DNA from: Candidatus Parcubacteria bacterium
GTDB lineage: Bacteria > Patescibacteriota > Patescibacteriia > UBA1558 > GWA2-36-10
Assembly (NCBI GenBank): GCA_018669975.1
Contig: JABHSK010000002.1
Span: 5,535-69,534, forward strand
Length of the DNA: 64,000 nt
Direction: 5' to 3'
The notes beneath the pieces were generated by a model. The model ran no database searches. It saw only the letters and a list, made by a program, of their open reading frames with translations, and was not told the origin of the DNA. The translations under genes were made by a program, and so were the position numbers. Each line of letters begins with the position of its first letter. The first letter of the stretch is position 1. Below, one piece after another: positions 18,801 to 29,005 of the stretch.

Positions 18801-19982
18801 TTACAAAAGCATATAAAGTAGTGACATGCTACCAGCCAATATAAAAGTAAGTTTAAAAGCAAAAACTTCATCGGTAATAAAAAACATGGCTAAATAAATA
18901 GCTAAAATAGCCACTAATTTTCCAGCTACTAAACTCATTTCAAAAAATACAATACTATTCATGATATGACTACGTTCTGATTGACGCACATCTTTAGCTT
19001 TTTCATAAGTAATAGCCATTAGAGGGATAGAAATTGTATTTTTGCCTAACTTAGACATAGTATCAACAAAAAATACACCAACTGTATTAGTAATAAAAAT
19101 TCTAATAAACCAGGCCAATGAATAAAAGGTGCTACCCAAAGAAAGAATCTTCCTCTTATTGCGCGAATCTGATAATTTACCTATATACAAAGTTACTAAA
19201 GTGGTAATTAAGGTAGCCAAGGCCACTATTAAGCCCAAATTAAATACATCAATGATTATAATAGATATGAATACCGGCCAAACAACCATCAGGATTAATT
19301 CCTCTCCATAACCAAGGTAAGCAAAAAAATCACTGCGATTCTTTTTACTAAAAAGATTGCTATAAACTTTTTTATATGAAAAATCACGTGGTGTAAATTT
19401 TTCTTTGGTGGCTAAAGTAGAAATATTGGAGCCTACAAATAAAATCGAGGCAATCACAAACAAAGTGCCGTATCCCCAAGTAAATATAATAAAACCTGCT
19501 GCAGCTGGTCCAACAATATAAACCAAAGATGAAGCTACATTCATAGCACTGACCTCCCTACCCTCTTCTGTGGCATCTGAAAAACGAGCAAAATCAGCAT
19601 GGTAGGCAGGCCAATAAAATGTTTTCTGTAAAGCCAAAAATATTGGTGCAACATAAAATAACCAGTCATGCTGACCAATCAAAAATAAACCAGTATAATA
19701 AGCAATAAACAAAAATGTCCCAATCAACATGCCAATTTCATAACCTTTGCGACGGGCAAATTTTCCTCCTAGAGGCATCAAAATAAAATACAAAAAATAG
19801 GCTATCAGATAGAAAAACATTATCTTCTGCAATGAATACCCTATCTGATAAAGATAAATTGGCTCAAAAATCATTACTAGAGCCAATGCCAGGTTAACCA
19901 AGGTAGTTGAAATAAATAGCTCCTTCACCTGACGCTTCATGTGATGAGGTAAAAAACTTTTTATAAATTTAAATCTTTCCAT
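18801..19982 (-). CDS. MFS-type transporter (12 TM)
   Basis: 393 aa, about 12 hydrophobic helices; paralog of 20616..21779 (shared YEKA.D motif near C-terminus). Confidence 0.55.
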   Translation of the reverse strand: MERFKFIKSFLPHHMKRQVKELFISTTLVNLALALVMIFEPIYLYQIGYSLQKIMFFYLIAYFLYFILMPLGGKFARRKGYEIGMLIGTFLFIAYYTGLFLIGQHDWLFYVAPIFLALQKTFYWPAYHADFARFSDATEEGREVSAMNVASSLVYIVGPAAAGFIIFTWGYGTLFVIASILFVGSNISTLATKEKFTPRDFSYKKVYSNLFSKKNRSDFFAYLGYGEELILMVVWPVFISIIIIDVFNLGLIVALATLITTLVTLYIGKLSDSRNKRKILSLGSTFYSLAWFIRIFITNTVGVFFVDTMSKLGKNTISIPLMAITYEKAKDVRQSERSHIMNSIVFFEMSLVAGKLVAILAIYLAMFFITDEVFAFKLTFILAGSMSLLYMLL

Positions 19983-19987
19983 ATGTT

Positions 19988-20596
19988 TTATTTTTGTATT
20001 TTAAGTTTTCCCTGCCTTAGAACTTCCATTTGATTATTAAAAAATTTAATAATAGTTGAAGGTGGATTTTTAGGTAGAGTTCCAGCATTTATAAATAAAT
20101 CTGGCTGGATTGCAGATTTAGCAAATTGTTTTTTAATATCACTAGCACTGTAAGAATCCCCAGTAGAAGCTATATTGGCTGAAGTCGATACCAGTGGACT
20201 TCCTAAAATAGTAACTAAATCTTTAGCAAAAGGATGACTAGATACACGTAGGGCTAAAAAATCATCGCAATGCTCCTGCCACTTACAATATTTAAATGGT
20301 AGCACCAAAGTCAGCGGTCCAGGCCAATACTTACCAGCCATGCGCCTAGCTGATTCAGAAAAGTCCACTAAAGATGTAGCATAAACTAAATCTGAAACCA
20401 AAACTGGCAAAGGAAATTTTCTAGCTCTATTTTTTATATTGTATATTTTATCAACAACTCGAGCATTATAAAAATCAGCACCCAAACCATAGGAAGTTTC
20501 AGTGGGGTAAACCACCACTCCTCCTCCACGGATAACTTCCAATGCCTCCTGTAAAACACTGGCACGATTTGCACTTGATAATTTTACTTCTTTCAC
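19988..20596 (-). CDS. tsaC: L-threonylcarbamoyladenylate synthase (YrdC/Sua5 family)
   Basis: VIRGGGVVVYPTETSYGLGADFYN...YNIKNRARKFPLPVLVSDL is the YrdC domain signature. Confidence 0.8.
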   Translation of the reverse strand: MKEVKLSSANRASVLQEALEVIRGGGVVVYPTETSYGLGADFYNARVVDKIYNIKNRARKFPLPVLVSDLVYATSLVDFSESARRMAGKYWPGPLTLVLPFKYCKWQEHCDDFLALRVSSHPFAKDLVTILGSPLVSTSANIASTGDSYSASDIKKQFAKSAIQPDLFINAGTLPKNPPSTIIKFFNNQMEVLRQGKLKIQK

Positions 20597-20615
20597 GTCT
20601 AAAAAAAATTAATTA

Positions 20616-21779
20616 TTATTTTAATAACATCACAAACCAAGCTAAAATGGCTGCTACTATAAAAGCTGCCTGCAAAGGGAAAAATACCAACAAAATAGCA
20701 ATCACTATCAAACTAAGCACCTTACCAGCATGAATAGCCATTTCCTTTATTAAGGTATATTCATCGATATAATGCCCTCTATCGGCAGCTTTTTCATAAA
20801 CTAAGGTCTCTATAGATGTCCTTAATACTATACTAGCTAAGGTATGATACAGGGAAGATAGGAATACTTGCATGGCTGTGCCAACCGCTATTTTTATCAA
20901 CCATGCGCTAGAATTTAAGACAGTACCTATTTTTACTAGTTTAGTTTTTTTTATTCTGTCCAATAAATTACCGATAAACAATCGAAGAATTAGACCCAAA
21001 AGTAAAATAGCACCAGTCAATAACCCTAAAGCTTTAAATTGTTCATCTAAAATACTAAAAATAAACAATGGCCAAAATAAACCATTAATAGTCGTTACTG
21101 CTCCATCAGACATATATGCCACTACCATACGGCGATTGAATGGATGTACGAGGTATTTAAAGGTCTCTTTATATGTCCAAGTAACTTCTTCCTTTACTGT
21201 TGGTAAAAATGCAAAAGGAATCAACGAAAATATACAAACAAACAGAGCAATAAGTGCTAAAGTACCAAAGTCCCATCTATCCAGAACAAAACCACCAATC
21301 ACTGGTGCAATAATAGATAAAAAAGAAGCTGCTGACCAAATTACACTAAATTGTTTACCACGATTTTTTTTGCTAGAAAATTTAGCAGAATCCGTTTGAA
21401 ATGGTAGCCAAAAAAAACTACGAATTGCTATTAAGAAAAAAGCAGACAAAATAGCATACTTAACTGGATCTTCAGGTAATTTATAAAAAGCAAGTAAATA
21501 AGGAATTCGCAAAACCACCCCAATGATTAAACTAGTTTTGAGTCCAATTATATTCATCACCCTAGCTGTCCAAGGTACCAAGAAAAAATAACCAAAAGAT
21601 ATAGAGACCCACCAAGCGATAACTGCGTGGATACTACCCAACTCTTGATACAAAAAGATTGGCAAAAATAATCCAAAAATATTAAGACCAAAATCTAGGG
21701 TCATCTTACCTGCCCATAAAGATAGCAAGTCTTTAGAAAAACCTAATTTTTTGTAGTCATCTACTAAATGAAAATGCAT
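20616..21779 (-). CDS. MFS-type transporter (12 TM), paralog of 18801..19982
   Basis: 387 aa polytopic protein with similar helix arrangement and conserved C-terminal block to the neighbour. Confidence 0.55.
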   Translation of the reverse strand: MHFHLVDDYKKLGFSKDLLSLWAGKMTLDFGLNIFGLFLPIFLYQELGSIHAVIAWWVSISFGYFFLVPWTARVMNIIGLKTSLIIGVVLRIPYLLAFYKLPEDPVKYAILSAFFLIAIRSFFWLPFQTDSAKFSSKKNRGKQFSVIWSAASFLSIIAPVIGGFVLDRWDFGTLALIALFVCIFSLIPFAFLPTVKEEVTWTYKETFKYLVHPFNRRMVVAYMSDGAVTTINGLFWPLFIFSILDEQFKALGLLTGAILLLGLILRLFIGNLLDRIKKTKLVKIGTVLNSSAWLIKIAVGTAMQVFLSSLYHTLASIVLRTSIETLVYEKAADRGHYIDEYTLIKEMAIHAGKVLSLIVIAILLVFFPLQAAFIVAAILAWFVMLLK

Positions 21780-21797
21780 GGGGTATTTTTGTTTTTA

Positions 21798-24632
21798 TTA
21801 TTTTACTACGATGCTGATAATTCTATTTTTAATATGAATAAATTTTATCAGTTCCTTGTCCTCAATATATTTTTTTATTTTATCCTGCTCTAAAATTTGT
21901 TTTTTAATGTCTTCACTAGGCTCAGTGTCATGTGGTAGTTCAATTTCACTACGAACTTTACCATTAACCTGAATTCCAATGGTCACCAGCTCATCTTGAG
22001 CTAATTTAGCATCGTATTTAGGCCATTTTTCATGGGCCAAACTATCTTTGTGTCCCAATTCACTCCACAACTCCTCAGCCATATGTGGTGCAAAGGGTGC
22101 TAATATTAATACAAATTTTTCAAACACCTCGTTGTTTATTTTGTCTTGTTTTTCCAAAGCATTTGCCAAAATCATCAATTGGGCTATAGCTGTATTAAAA
22201 CGCATAGCTACAATATCTTCACCAACCTTCTGAATGCTCTTATGTAAAACATTGTTAATGTCTACATTATCAGCTTTTTCATCTAGCTTGTCCTGCAAAT
22301 CCCAAGCTCTATTTAAAAATCTATAAATACCAGCTACACCTTTATCGTCCCAAGCAATTGATTGATCAAACGGACCCATAAACATTTCATACATCCGCAC
22401 AGTATCTGCACCATACCTACTAACATAACTATCGGGATTAATAACATTGCCCTTAGATTTTGACATCTTGATGCCACCCTCACCTAAAACCATACCCTGA
22501 GCAGTACGCTTTTTGTATGGTTCACTACCAACCTTCTTTGGTATTACTCCAATGTCATATAAAAATTTAAAAATAAAACGAGAATACAGGAGATGCAAGG
22601 TAGTATGCTCCATGCCACCATTATACCAATCAACTGGCAGCCAATACTCGGCTTTTTTCTTATCTATTAACTCCTGATTATTTTTGGGGTCACAAAAACG
22701 AATAAAATACCAGTTAGACCCAGCCCAATTAGGCATTACATCAGTTTCTCTTCTTGCCTGACCACCACAGGACGGACACTCTGTTTTTACCCAGTCCTCT
22801 GCCTTGGCTAATGGTGATTGACCATCATCGGTTGGCTTAAAATCTTTAATATCTGGCAACTCAATCGGCAAATCATCCTCAGCCACTGCCACCCAACCAC
22901 ACTTATCACAATTAACCATCGGGATTGGCTCACCCCAATAACGTTGGCGAGAAAAAATCCAATCATGCAATTTATAATTAACAGCAGCTTTACCTAATTT
23001 ATTTTTTTCAAGCCACTTAATAATTTTTTGTTTAAACTCTGCTGTCAACAAACCATCAAATTCACCAGAATTAATAGCTCGACCCTCACCACCGTAGGCT
23101 CCATATTTATCTAAATATATCAATATACCTATTTTATTATACTCATGACTTACACTCTGTAAAGCTTCTTTTTCACTCAACCAAATTATTTCATGTTTAG
23201 CCTTTTCTGTATCAGAAATATCTTGAGCTGACTCGTCATCTAGTTCTAATAAAATAGGATTGTCCACTCGATAACGCCAAACGTCTTTATTTTCAGCATA
23301 AAAATGCTCCTCTGTTTTATTACCCAATCTTTTTATTGCCTTTGCTTTATAGCCAGTTTCTTCAAGAACTTCCCGTTCAGCAGCCTGCTCTGGTGTCTCT
23401 CCTTCTTCTATACCACCAATGACAGGTGCTAACCAATTAAATTTTTTCCATTTGAGTAATAAAAATTTGCCATCTGACTTACGTTGTATGGTAGCTGAGA
23501 TTGTCTCCCTATATTCCTCGCCATCTCTAACTTCACCGTCGACTGGCATCACCACATCCCTAATTTCGATGTTATATTTTTTAGCAAATTCATAATCACG
23601 TTGATCGTGACCTGGTACAGCCATAATCGCCCCCGTACCATAGCTCATCATCACATAGTCAGCTACAAAAATAGGTATCTCTTCATTGTTTACCGGATTA
23701 ATAGCTTTAAGACCTTTTAATTCAACACCTGTCTTGTCTTTATTTAAATCTGCTCTTTCTAAATCAGATTTCTTTTTAGCTGCAACAATATACTTTTTGA
23801 CTTCTGCTAAATTACTAATCTTGCCTTCCAATTGATGGATAGCTATGTGTTCTGGTGCTACCACCATAAAAGTAGCTCCAAATAAAGTGTCTGGTCGAGT
23901 AGTAAAAACTTCTAGTATTTCCTGACTGTCTTTTATTTTAAATTGCACTTCTGCACCTTCGCTACGACCAATCCAATCTACTTGCTGTTTTTTTATTTGT
24001 GGTAAAAAGTCTACTTGTTCTAAATCATTTATCAATCTATCAGCGTATTCTGTAATCTTGAGCATCCATTGCTCTTTTTCCTGTTTAACCACTTCCCCAC
24101 CGCAACGTTCACAGGCACCACTAACCACTTCTTCATTGGCTAGACCAATTTTACAAGAAGTACACCAATTAATATTTTCTTTAGCTTTATAGGCCAGTCC
24201 TTGTTTGTGCATTTGGATAAAAATCCACTGGGTCCAACGATAATAATCTGGATCTGTGGTAGAAAAACTTCTATCCCAATCAAAACTTAAGCCGATGTCC
24301 TTCATCTGCTTTATGTAGTTGCTTATATTTTTTTCAGTAGTTATTTTGGGTGGTGTATTTGTTTTAATAGCATAATTTTCGGCTGGCAAACCAAAAGCGT
24401 CAAAGCCCATTGGATACAATGTTTGAAATCCCTGCATGCGTTGATATCGACATAATACATCCATAGCAGTATAAGAACGTAAATGTCCGGTATGTAAACC
24501 ATCCCCAGAAGGATAGGGAAATTCTACTAAGCCATAAAATTTTTGTTTGCCTTTATCATCAACTAAAAAAGTATTGTTTTCGTCCCAATACTGCTGCCAT
24601 TTTTTTTCAATAGTATCTGCTTGGTATTTCAT
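21798..24632 (-). CDS. leuS: leucyl-tRNA synthetase with inserted Nudix-like domain
   Basis: HTGH (GLHTGHLRSY), CP1 editing motif TTRPDTLFGATFMVVAPEH, KMSKS (IKMSKSKGN) and anticodon-binding regions all present; an extra ~130 aa carrying the Nudix box GGIEEGETPEQAAEREVLEETGY sits between the HDQRDYEFA and NYKLHDW blocks. Confidence 0.95.
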   Translation of the reverse strand: MKYQADTIEKKWQQYWDENNTFLVDDKGKQKFYGLVEFPYPSGDGLHTGHLRSYTAMDVLCRYQRMQGFQTLYPMGFDAFGLPAENYAIKTNTPPKITTEKNISNYIKQMKDIGLSFDWDRSFSTTDPDYYRWTQWIFIQMHKQGLAYKAKENINWCTSCKIGLANEEVVSGACERCGGEVVKQEKEQWMLKITEYADRLINDLEQVDFLPQIKKQQVDWIGRSEGAEVQFKIKDSQEILEVFTTRPDTLFGATFMVVAPEHIAIHQLEGKISNLAEVKKYIVAAKKKSDLERADLNKDKTGVELKGLKAINPVNNEEIPIFVADYVMMSYGTGAIMAVPGHDQRDYEFAKKYNIEIRDVVMPVDGEVRDGEEYRETISATIQRKSDGKFLLLKWKKFNWLAPVIGGIEEGETPEQAAEREVLEETGYKAKAIKRLGNKTEEHFYAENKDVWRYRVDNPILLELDDESAQDISDTEKAKHEIIWLSEKEALQSVSHEYNKIGILIYLDKYGAYGGEGRAINSGEFDGLLTAEFKQKIIKWLEKNKLGKAAVNYKLHDWIFSRQRYWGEPIPMVNCDKCGWVAVAEDDLPIELPDIKDFKPTDDGQSPLAKAEDWVKTECPSCGGQARRETDVMPNWAGSNWYFIRFCDPKNNQELIDKKKAEYWLPVDWYNGGMEHTTLHLLYSRFIFKFLYDIGVIPKKVGSEPYKKRTAQGMVLGEGGIKMSKSKGNVINPDSYVSRYGADTVRMYEMFMGPFDQSIAWDDKGVAGIYRFLNRAWDLQDKLDEKADNVDINNVLHKSIQKVGEDIVAMRFNTAIAQLMILANALEKQDKINNEVFEKFVLILAPFAPHMAEELWSELGHKDSLAHEKWPKYDAKLAQDELVTIGIQVNGKVRSEIELPHDTEPSEDIKKQILEQDKIKKYIEDKELIKFIHIKNRIISIVVK

Positions 24633-24753
24633 AGTTTTTTACCGCAATTATAACCAAATTTTAGCATTACATAGCCAAAAAATCAAATACAAAGAAAGCT
24701 CTTGACTGTTGTTTTTTCTTCTGTTATGTTATTATTTATACTATTAATATAGC

Positions 24754-26139
24754 TTGATATTTAACCAAAGTAATATTAGTCTATTTGTACAAAAAATAAT
24801 AAATAAACTAGCCATAAAAACAGCTGATGGATTAATTTCGCTCAAGAAAAAAGCGATATCTGGAGCAAAAATATTTGGCATTGGCATATTATTAATAGGA
24901 AAATTTACCATATTTCCTATTATTTTGTTTAGCTATAAAAACATCTTGCGTATCAAGATTAAAAGCAAAAATCTTAATATCAAAAATCTTAATTATATAA
25001 TTTTTTTAAAAAAATACCTACCGCGTATTGGTGTAGCCACAGTATTATTAACTGTTGCCACTAATGGTATTGTCGCTCAAAGTTATAGTGCTGATGAATA
25101 TGCCAATCGCACCCTCCTCTCCACCCTAGTTCAAGCTGACGAAGAACAATGGAGTGAAATAATAGAAGAAAAAGGTCCGGCCATCAACCAACCACGTGTG
25201 GTTAGCTATCTGCAAGACCAGGGCAATGTACAAGAAATAATTATCGATAGTCCCTTAGAGGATACTAGTATAAATACTGGTAGTACGGATGTATCACCAG
25301 ATTCAGCCAGTCTAGTTTTAATTAATCCTGAAGATACTGAATCCAGTGAAGCTCAAGATGACCCTACTGCCATAAGGAAAGAAACCATTACCTATGTGGT
25401 TCAACCTGGTGATGTTCTAGGAAAGATAGCTCAAGAATACGGCATTAGTGTCAATACTATTCTTTGGGAAAATGATCTCAGCTGGAATAGCACCATTAGA
25501 CCAGGTCAAAAACTAAATGTTCTAGCAGACTCTGGTATAAATTATGAGATTAAATCTGGCGATACTGTCTTAGCGATTGCCAAAAAATATCAGACTGAAG
25601 CCAAGGAAATTGTAGAAATCAATAAACTAGCTGACGCTGGTGATATACAAATTGGTGATCTACTATTTATCCCAAATGGTGTTAAGCCAACTGCAGTTGT
25701 TTCTTCATACAAGCCTAAACCTGCTCCTGTATCTGCCTATAGTGATAAAGTAGTCCCTCCAGCCGCCGATACTAATACTGGCACTAAATTCCTTTGGCCT
25801 TTAACCAGTCATCGTATCACCCAGTATTATCACTGGGGACACAGTGGCTTGGATGTTGGCGATAAAACTGGCAATCCTATCTACGCAGCCGAAGCCGGTA
25901 AAATTGAACGATCCGGCTGGTCTAGGGGTTATGGCTACAATGTAGTTATCAACCACGGCAATGGCCTCAAAACTATTTATGGTCATGCTAGTCAACTTCT
26001 AGTAAAGGCCGGTGATTCTGTTGCTCGTGGAGAAACCATTGCTCTAATTGGTAACACTGGCTGGTCTACTGGACCCCATCTTCACTTTGAAGTTCGAGTT
26101 AATGAAGTTAGAAAAAACCCTTTAAACTATATTAAATAA
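24754..26139 (+). CDS. LysM-LysM-M23 peptidoglycan endopeptidase (start uncertain)
   Basis: two LysM motifs (YVVQPGDVLGKIAQEYGIS; YEIKSGDTVLAIAKKYQTE) and a C-terminal M23 domain (HSGLDVGD...HGNGLKTIYGH...GPHLHFEV); N-terminal 100 aa hydrophobic/basic, true start may be downstream. Confidence 0.8.
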   Translation: MIFNQSNISLFVQKIINKLAIKTADGLISLKKKAISGAKIFGIGILLIGKFTIFPIILFSYKNILRIKIKSKNLNIKNLNYIIFLKKYLPRIGVATVLLTVATNGIVAQSYSADEYANRTLLSTLVQADEEQWSEIIEEKGPAINQPRVVSYLQDQGNVQEIIIDSPLEDTSINTGSTDVSPDSASLVLINPEDTESSEAQDDPTAIRKETITYVVQPGDVLGKIAQEYGISVNTILWENDLSWNSTIRPGQKLNVLADSGINYEIKSGDTVLAIAKKYQTEAKEIVEINKLADAGDIQIGDLLFIPNGVKPTAVVSSYKPKPAPVSAYSDKVVPPAADTNTGTKFLWPLTSHRITQYYHWGHSGLDVGDKTGNPIYAAEAGKIERSGWSRGYGYNVVINHGNGLKTIYGHASQLLVKAGDSVARGETIALIGNTGWSTGPHLHFEVRVNEVRKNPLNYIK

Positions 26140-26196
26140 ACTATTCAAATTAAAAAAACAGCCACTCTATCGAGCGGCTGTTTTAAAATATCACTA

Positions 26197-27876
26197 TTAA
26201 TTACAAGTACTCATGCCACCCTTATTAATTCGGAAATTCCAATCACCTGGACACAAGCAATGTTCTATATCCGGCAAACAAGCTCCTGGATCAGCAGTAA
26301 CGTCCCAATTACAATCATTTTCACTACAAGTAAATAAATCAGTATGCATTAAACATTCTTCTTCCGTTTTTGGTACTGGCAATACCCACTCTCCACCAGC
26401 ATCTGCGCAAGATACCTCCGACATTCCCAAGGTGTCTAGGCCATCAAATGGGTCCAAACTACCACCCATCAGTTCCTCCATTTTAGCTTCATAAAATTCT
26501 TGATCAAGCTCGCCGTCGCCCAAAGGATTATAACCATTATCTACTTCCTCACCATCTGGATATCCGTCTCCATCAGTATCAGGATTATTTGGATCTGTTT
26601 CAAATAACATAGTTTCAGCTGAGTCTGGCAATCCATCTCCATCTGTATCTGTTTGATCCATCATAGCAGTCATAACATCCTCATTAATATCTACACCCAT
26701 CATATCTGAGGCTACTCCGGCCATTACTTGACTTATAAGCTGCTCAACTGTAATAGTTTTATCTGGTACCTGGATATTGATTGGCTCAGCTGCATAAAAC
26801 ATGCTCTCTACACTAAAAGTCAGCGTACTTTCTGGTTCACTATCATTTGGTAAAGCTAAATTATAAGCAGCTATTTCAACGCCCTGCAAAGCCTTGGTCT
26901 TGGTATTAACCCAAGCATAAATATCTATCTGTGCTAAAGCTCTCTTCATGTCAGCCCAATCTTCTGGCTCTTCCTGTTGAAATTTAAGAAATTCCTCTTG
27001 CATACTCTCTTTAGTCTTAGCCCTCTCATTATCTGGTATATCAAGATAGGTATCAAAGTGTTCTGTTATCACTAACATTAACTCTCCCAATTTATTTGGC
27101 TTAATATTATATTGAATCTTTTTTAATTTACCATCTGGAGTTTCCATGGTCTGATGTGGATCACTAATCACAAAGGCTTTTACATCCTTTATTTTCTCCA
27201 TTAATTCCCCTGTACTTTTTTGAAACTCTTCCATCTGTGCATTATAGTCTTCCTCTGGCTGCTGCATTTGAGGGTTGAGTGCATTCAAGCTATCTGTATT
27301 GAACTCTATCCAATCTTTACCAAGCTCTATAGGAAAAGGCAAACCCAAATCATCTAAACCACTAATATTCGGCTTTATATAAAAAGTCTCCCCTATTTTC
27401 TTATATTCCATAGCTAAATCCAGTCGTATTTCTTCACTAGCATCAACAAAATAATTGGCCTCCCCTGTAAAATTTGTGCCCACTGTGTGTTGCTTTGCGC
27501 TTCCACTAAATTCAACCTTTTGACTAATAGGCATCAACAGCTTAACTGCATTCTCTTCTGCTTGAGTCATCCTTAAAGCAAAAGATGTTTCAGTTTTAAA
27601 ATTAGTCAATGTACTACCCCAATTCCAAACCATTTGATTATGCAATAATAGTGCTTGTCCTTTGGCATAATACCACCAGCCACCTACACCCAGCAAAACT
27701 ATAACCACAATAGGTACAATTATCAACCAAAGTTTTTTGCCTTTACCACCAGAATATTCTGGTGGTGGTGCCTGAGCTATCGGCTGAACCTGCGGCGGTG
27801 TTTGTACAGGCTGAGGTTGTGGTGCCTGGGCTATCGGCTGCTCACTTGCATTTACTGCGTTGTTTTGATTCTCCAT
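26197..27876 (-). CDS. membrane-anchored Pro/Gln-rich protein with TSP3-like repeats and Cys-rich C-terminus
   Basis: N-terminal QPIAQAPQPQPVQTPPQVQP tract, single TM, DTDGDGLPDSAE..DTDGDGYPDGEEVDNGYNPLGD, C-terminal 11-Cys module. Confidence 0.6.
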   Translation of the reverse strand: MENQNNAVNASEQPIAQAPQPQPVQTPPQVQPIAQAPPPEYSGGKGKKLWLIIVPIVVIVLLGVGGWWYYAKGQALLLHNQMVWNWGSTLTNFKTETSFALRMTQAEENAVKLLMPISQKVEFSGSAKQHTVGTNFTGEANYFVDASEEIRLDLAMEYKKIGETFYIKPNISGLDDLGLPFPIELGKDWIEFNTDSLNALNPQMQQPEEDYNAQMEEFQKSTGELMEKIKDVKAFVISDPHQTMETPDGKLKKIQYNIKPNKLGELMLVITEHFDTYLDIPDNERAKTKESMQEEFLKFQQEEPEDWADMKRALAQIDIYAWVNTKTKALQGVEIAAYNLALPNDSEPESTLTFSVESMFYAAEPINIQVPDKTITVEQLISQVMAGVASDMMGVDINEDVMTAMMDQTDTDGDGLPDSAETMLFETDPNNPDTDGDGYPDGEEVDNGYNPLGDGELDQEFYEAKMEELMGGSLDPFDGLDTLGMSEVSCADAGGEWVLPVPKTEEECLMHTDLFTCSENDCNWDVTADPGACLPDIEHCLCPGDWNFRINKGGMSTCN

Positions 27877-27894
27877 AAATATTATTAAATTTTA

Positions 27895-28908
27895 TTAAAA
27901 AATATTAAATAATTTACCAGCAAAGGTAAAATAAATAAGTATAAACATCAGTGCTTCCGTTCTGGTCATTTTTTTATCTATAAATGCTAACCACATCAAG
28001 AAGAATGCGCCAACTAAAAATGATCCCAAGAGCATAAACATTTCTTTACTAATGGTTAATTCAGTAAATAAACCAACAGCACCAAAAATAACAAATAAGT
28101 CAAAAATATTAGACCCTATAATATCTCCAATCACCATATCAAAATTACCTCTACGCGCAGCTGAAGTGGCTACTAAAATTTCAGGCAAAGATGTGCCTAG
28201 GGCTACTATAGTGGCAGCTATTACTGAAGTGCCAATTCCCAACATTTGAGCAATATGAATAACTGAATCTACTACAAATTTTGAAGAAAAAGATACCACT
28301 GCTAAACTAATAACTAAAAACAAAACAATTTTAATAATTGGCCTATCTTTTTTAGTTTTAATTTTCTCCTTTTTCTCTATTTCAGAGACTTCACTCTTTA
28401 TCTCTTTTTTAAGTTGCTTTTCATATTCCTCTTTGACACTCTCCTTGGCTGATTTCTGAATATGATAAGCATAAATAATGTAAACGATATAACCCACTAG
28501 AAAAATGCATGCTTCTATTATATTAAATTTTCCGTCAGACAAAGCAATGATAAGTAAAAAAATAGCTGCCCCAAAAAATGGCAGATCATTAGATACTATA
28601 TCCCAATTAAAAATTGCTTTTCTTTTACTAAATAAAACCGCTATACCCAAACCTAACAATATATTAACTATCACTGTACCTATCACATTACCAGCCAAAA
28701 ATTCTACCTCGCCTTGATATACAGCAAAAATTGAAGTGGTTAACTCAGGTAGAGATGTACCAACTGCTACTATCAAAACACCAACAATAAAATTAGGTAG
28801 TTTTAAAAGCTTACCTAATTCCTCAGCATAATCGGTAAAGTAGTCAGCTGACTTGATAAGCATCCACAAGCTAGCTGCAAAAACTATAAGCCAAATCATC
28901 ATAAACAA
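27895..28908 (-). CDS. Ca2+/cation antiporter, CaCA (YrbG-like) family
   Basis: two alpha-repeats with GTSLPEL motifs (GTSLPELTTSI; GTSLPEILVAT), about 10 TM. Confidence 0.75.
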   Translation of the reverse strand: MFMMIWLIVFAASLWMLIKSADYFTDYAEELGKLLKLPNFIVGVLIVAVGTSLPELTTSIFAVYQGEVEFLAGNVIGTVIVNILLGLGIAVLFSKRKAIFNWDIVSNDLPFFGAAIFLLIIALSDGKFNIIEACIFLVGYIVYIIYAYHIQKSAKESVKEEYEKQLKKEIKSEVSEIEKKEKIKTKKDRPIIKIVLFLVISLAVVSFSSKFVVDSVIHIAQMLGIGTSVIAATIVALGTSLPEILVATSAARRGNFDMVIGDIIGSNIFDLFVIFGAVGLFTELTISKEMFMLLGSFLVGAFFLMWLAFIDKKMTRTEALMFILIYFTFAGKLFNIF

Positions 28909-28962
28909 TCTTTATTAAAAAATTCATTTATATTTTACCATAAAACTGTCTTTTTTAAAACT

Positions 28963-28989
28963 AAAAACCCCCACTTGATGGGGGTTTTT
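28963..28989 (-). terminator. rho-independent terminator (bidirectional hairpin) after the CPA antiporter gene
   Basis: aaaaaccccc-acttgat-gggggttttt: 5-bp GC stem flanked by A-run and T-run. Confidence 0.55.
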
Positions 28990-29005
28990 ATATTTTACAA
29001 TAAAA

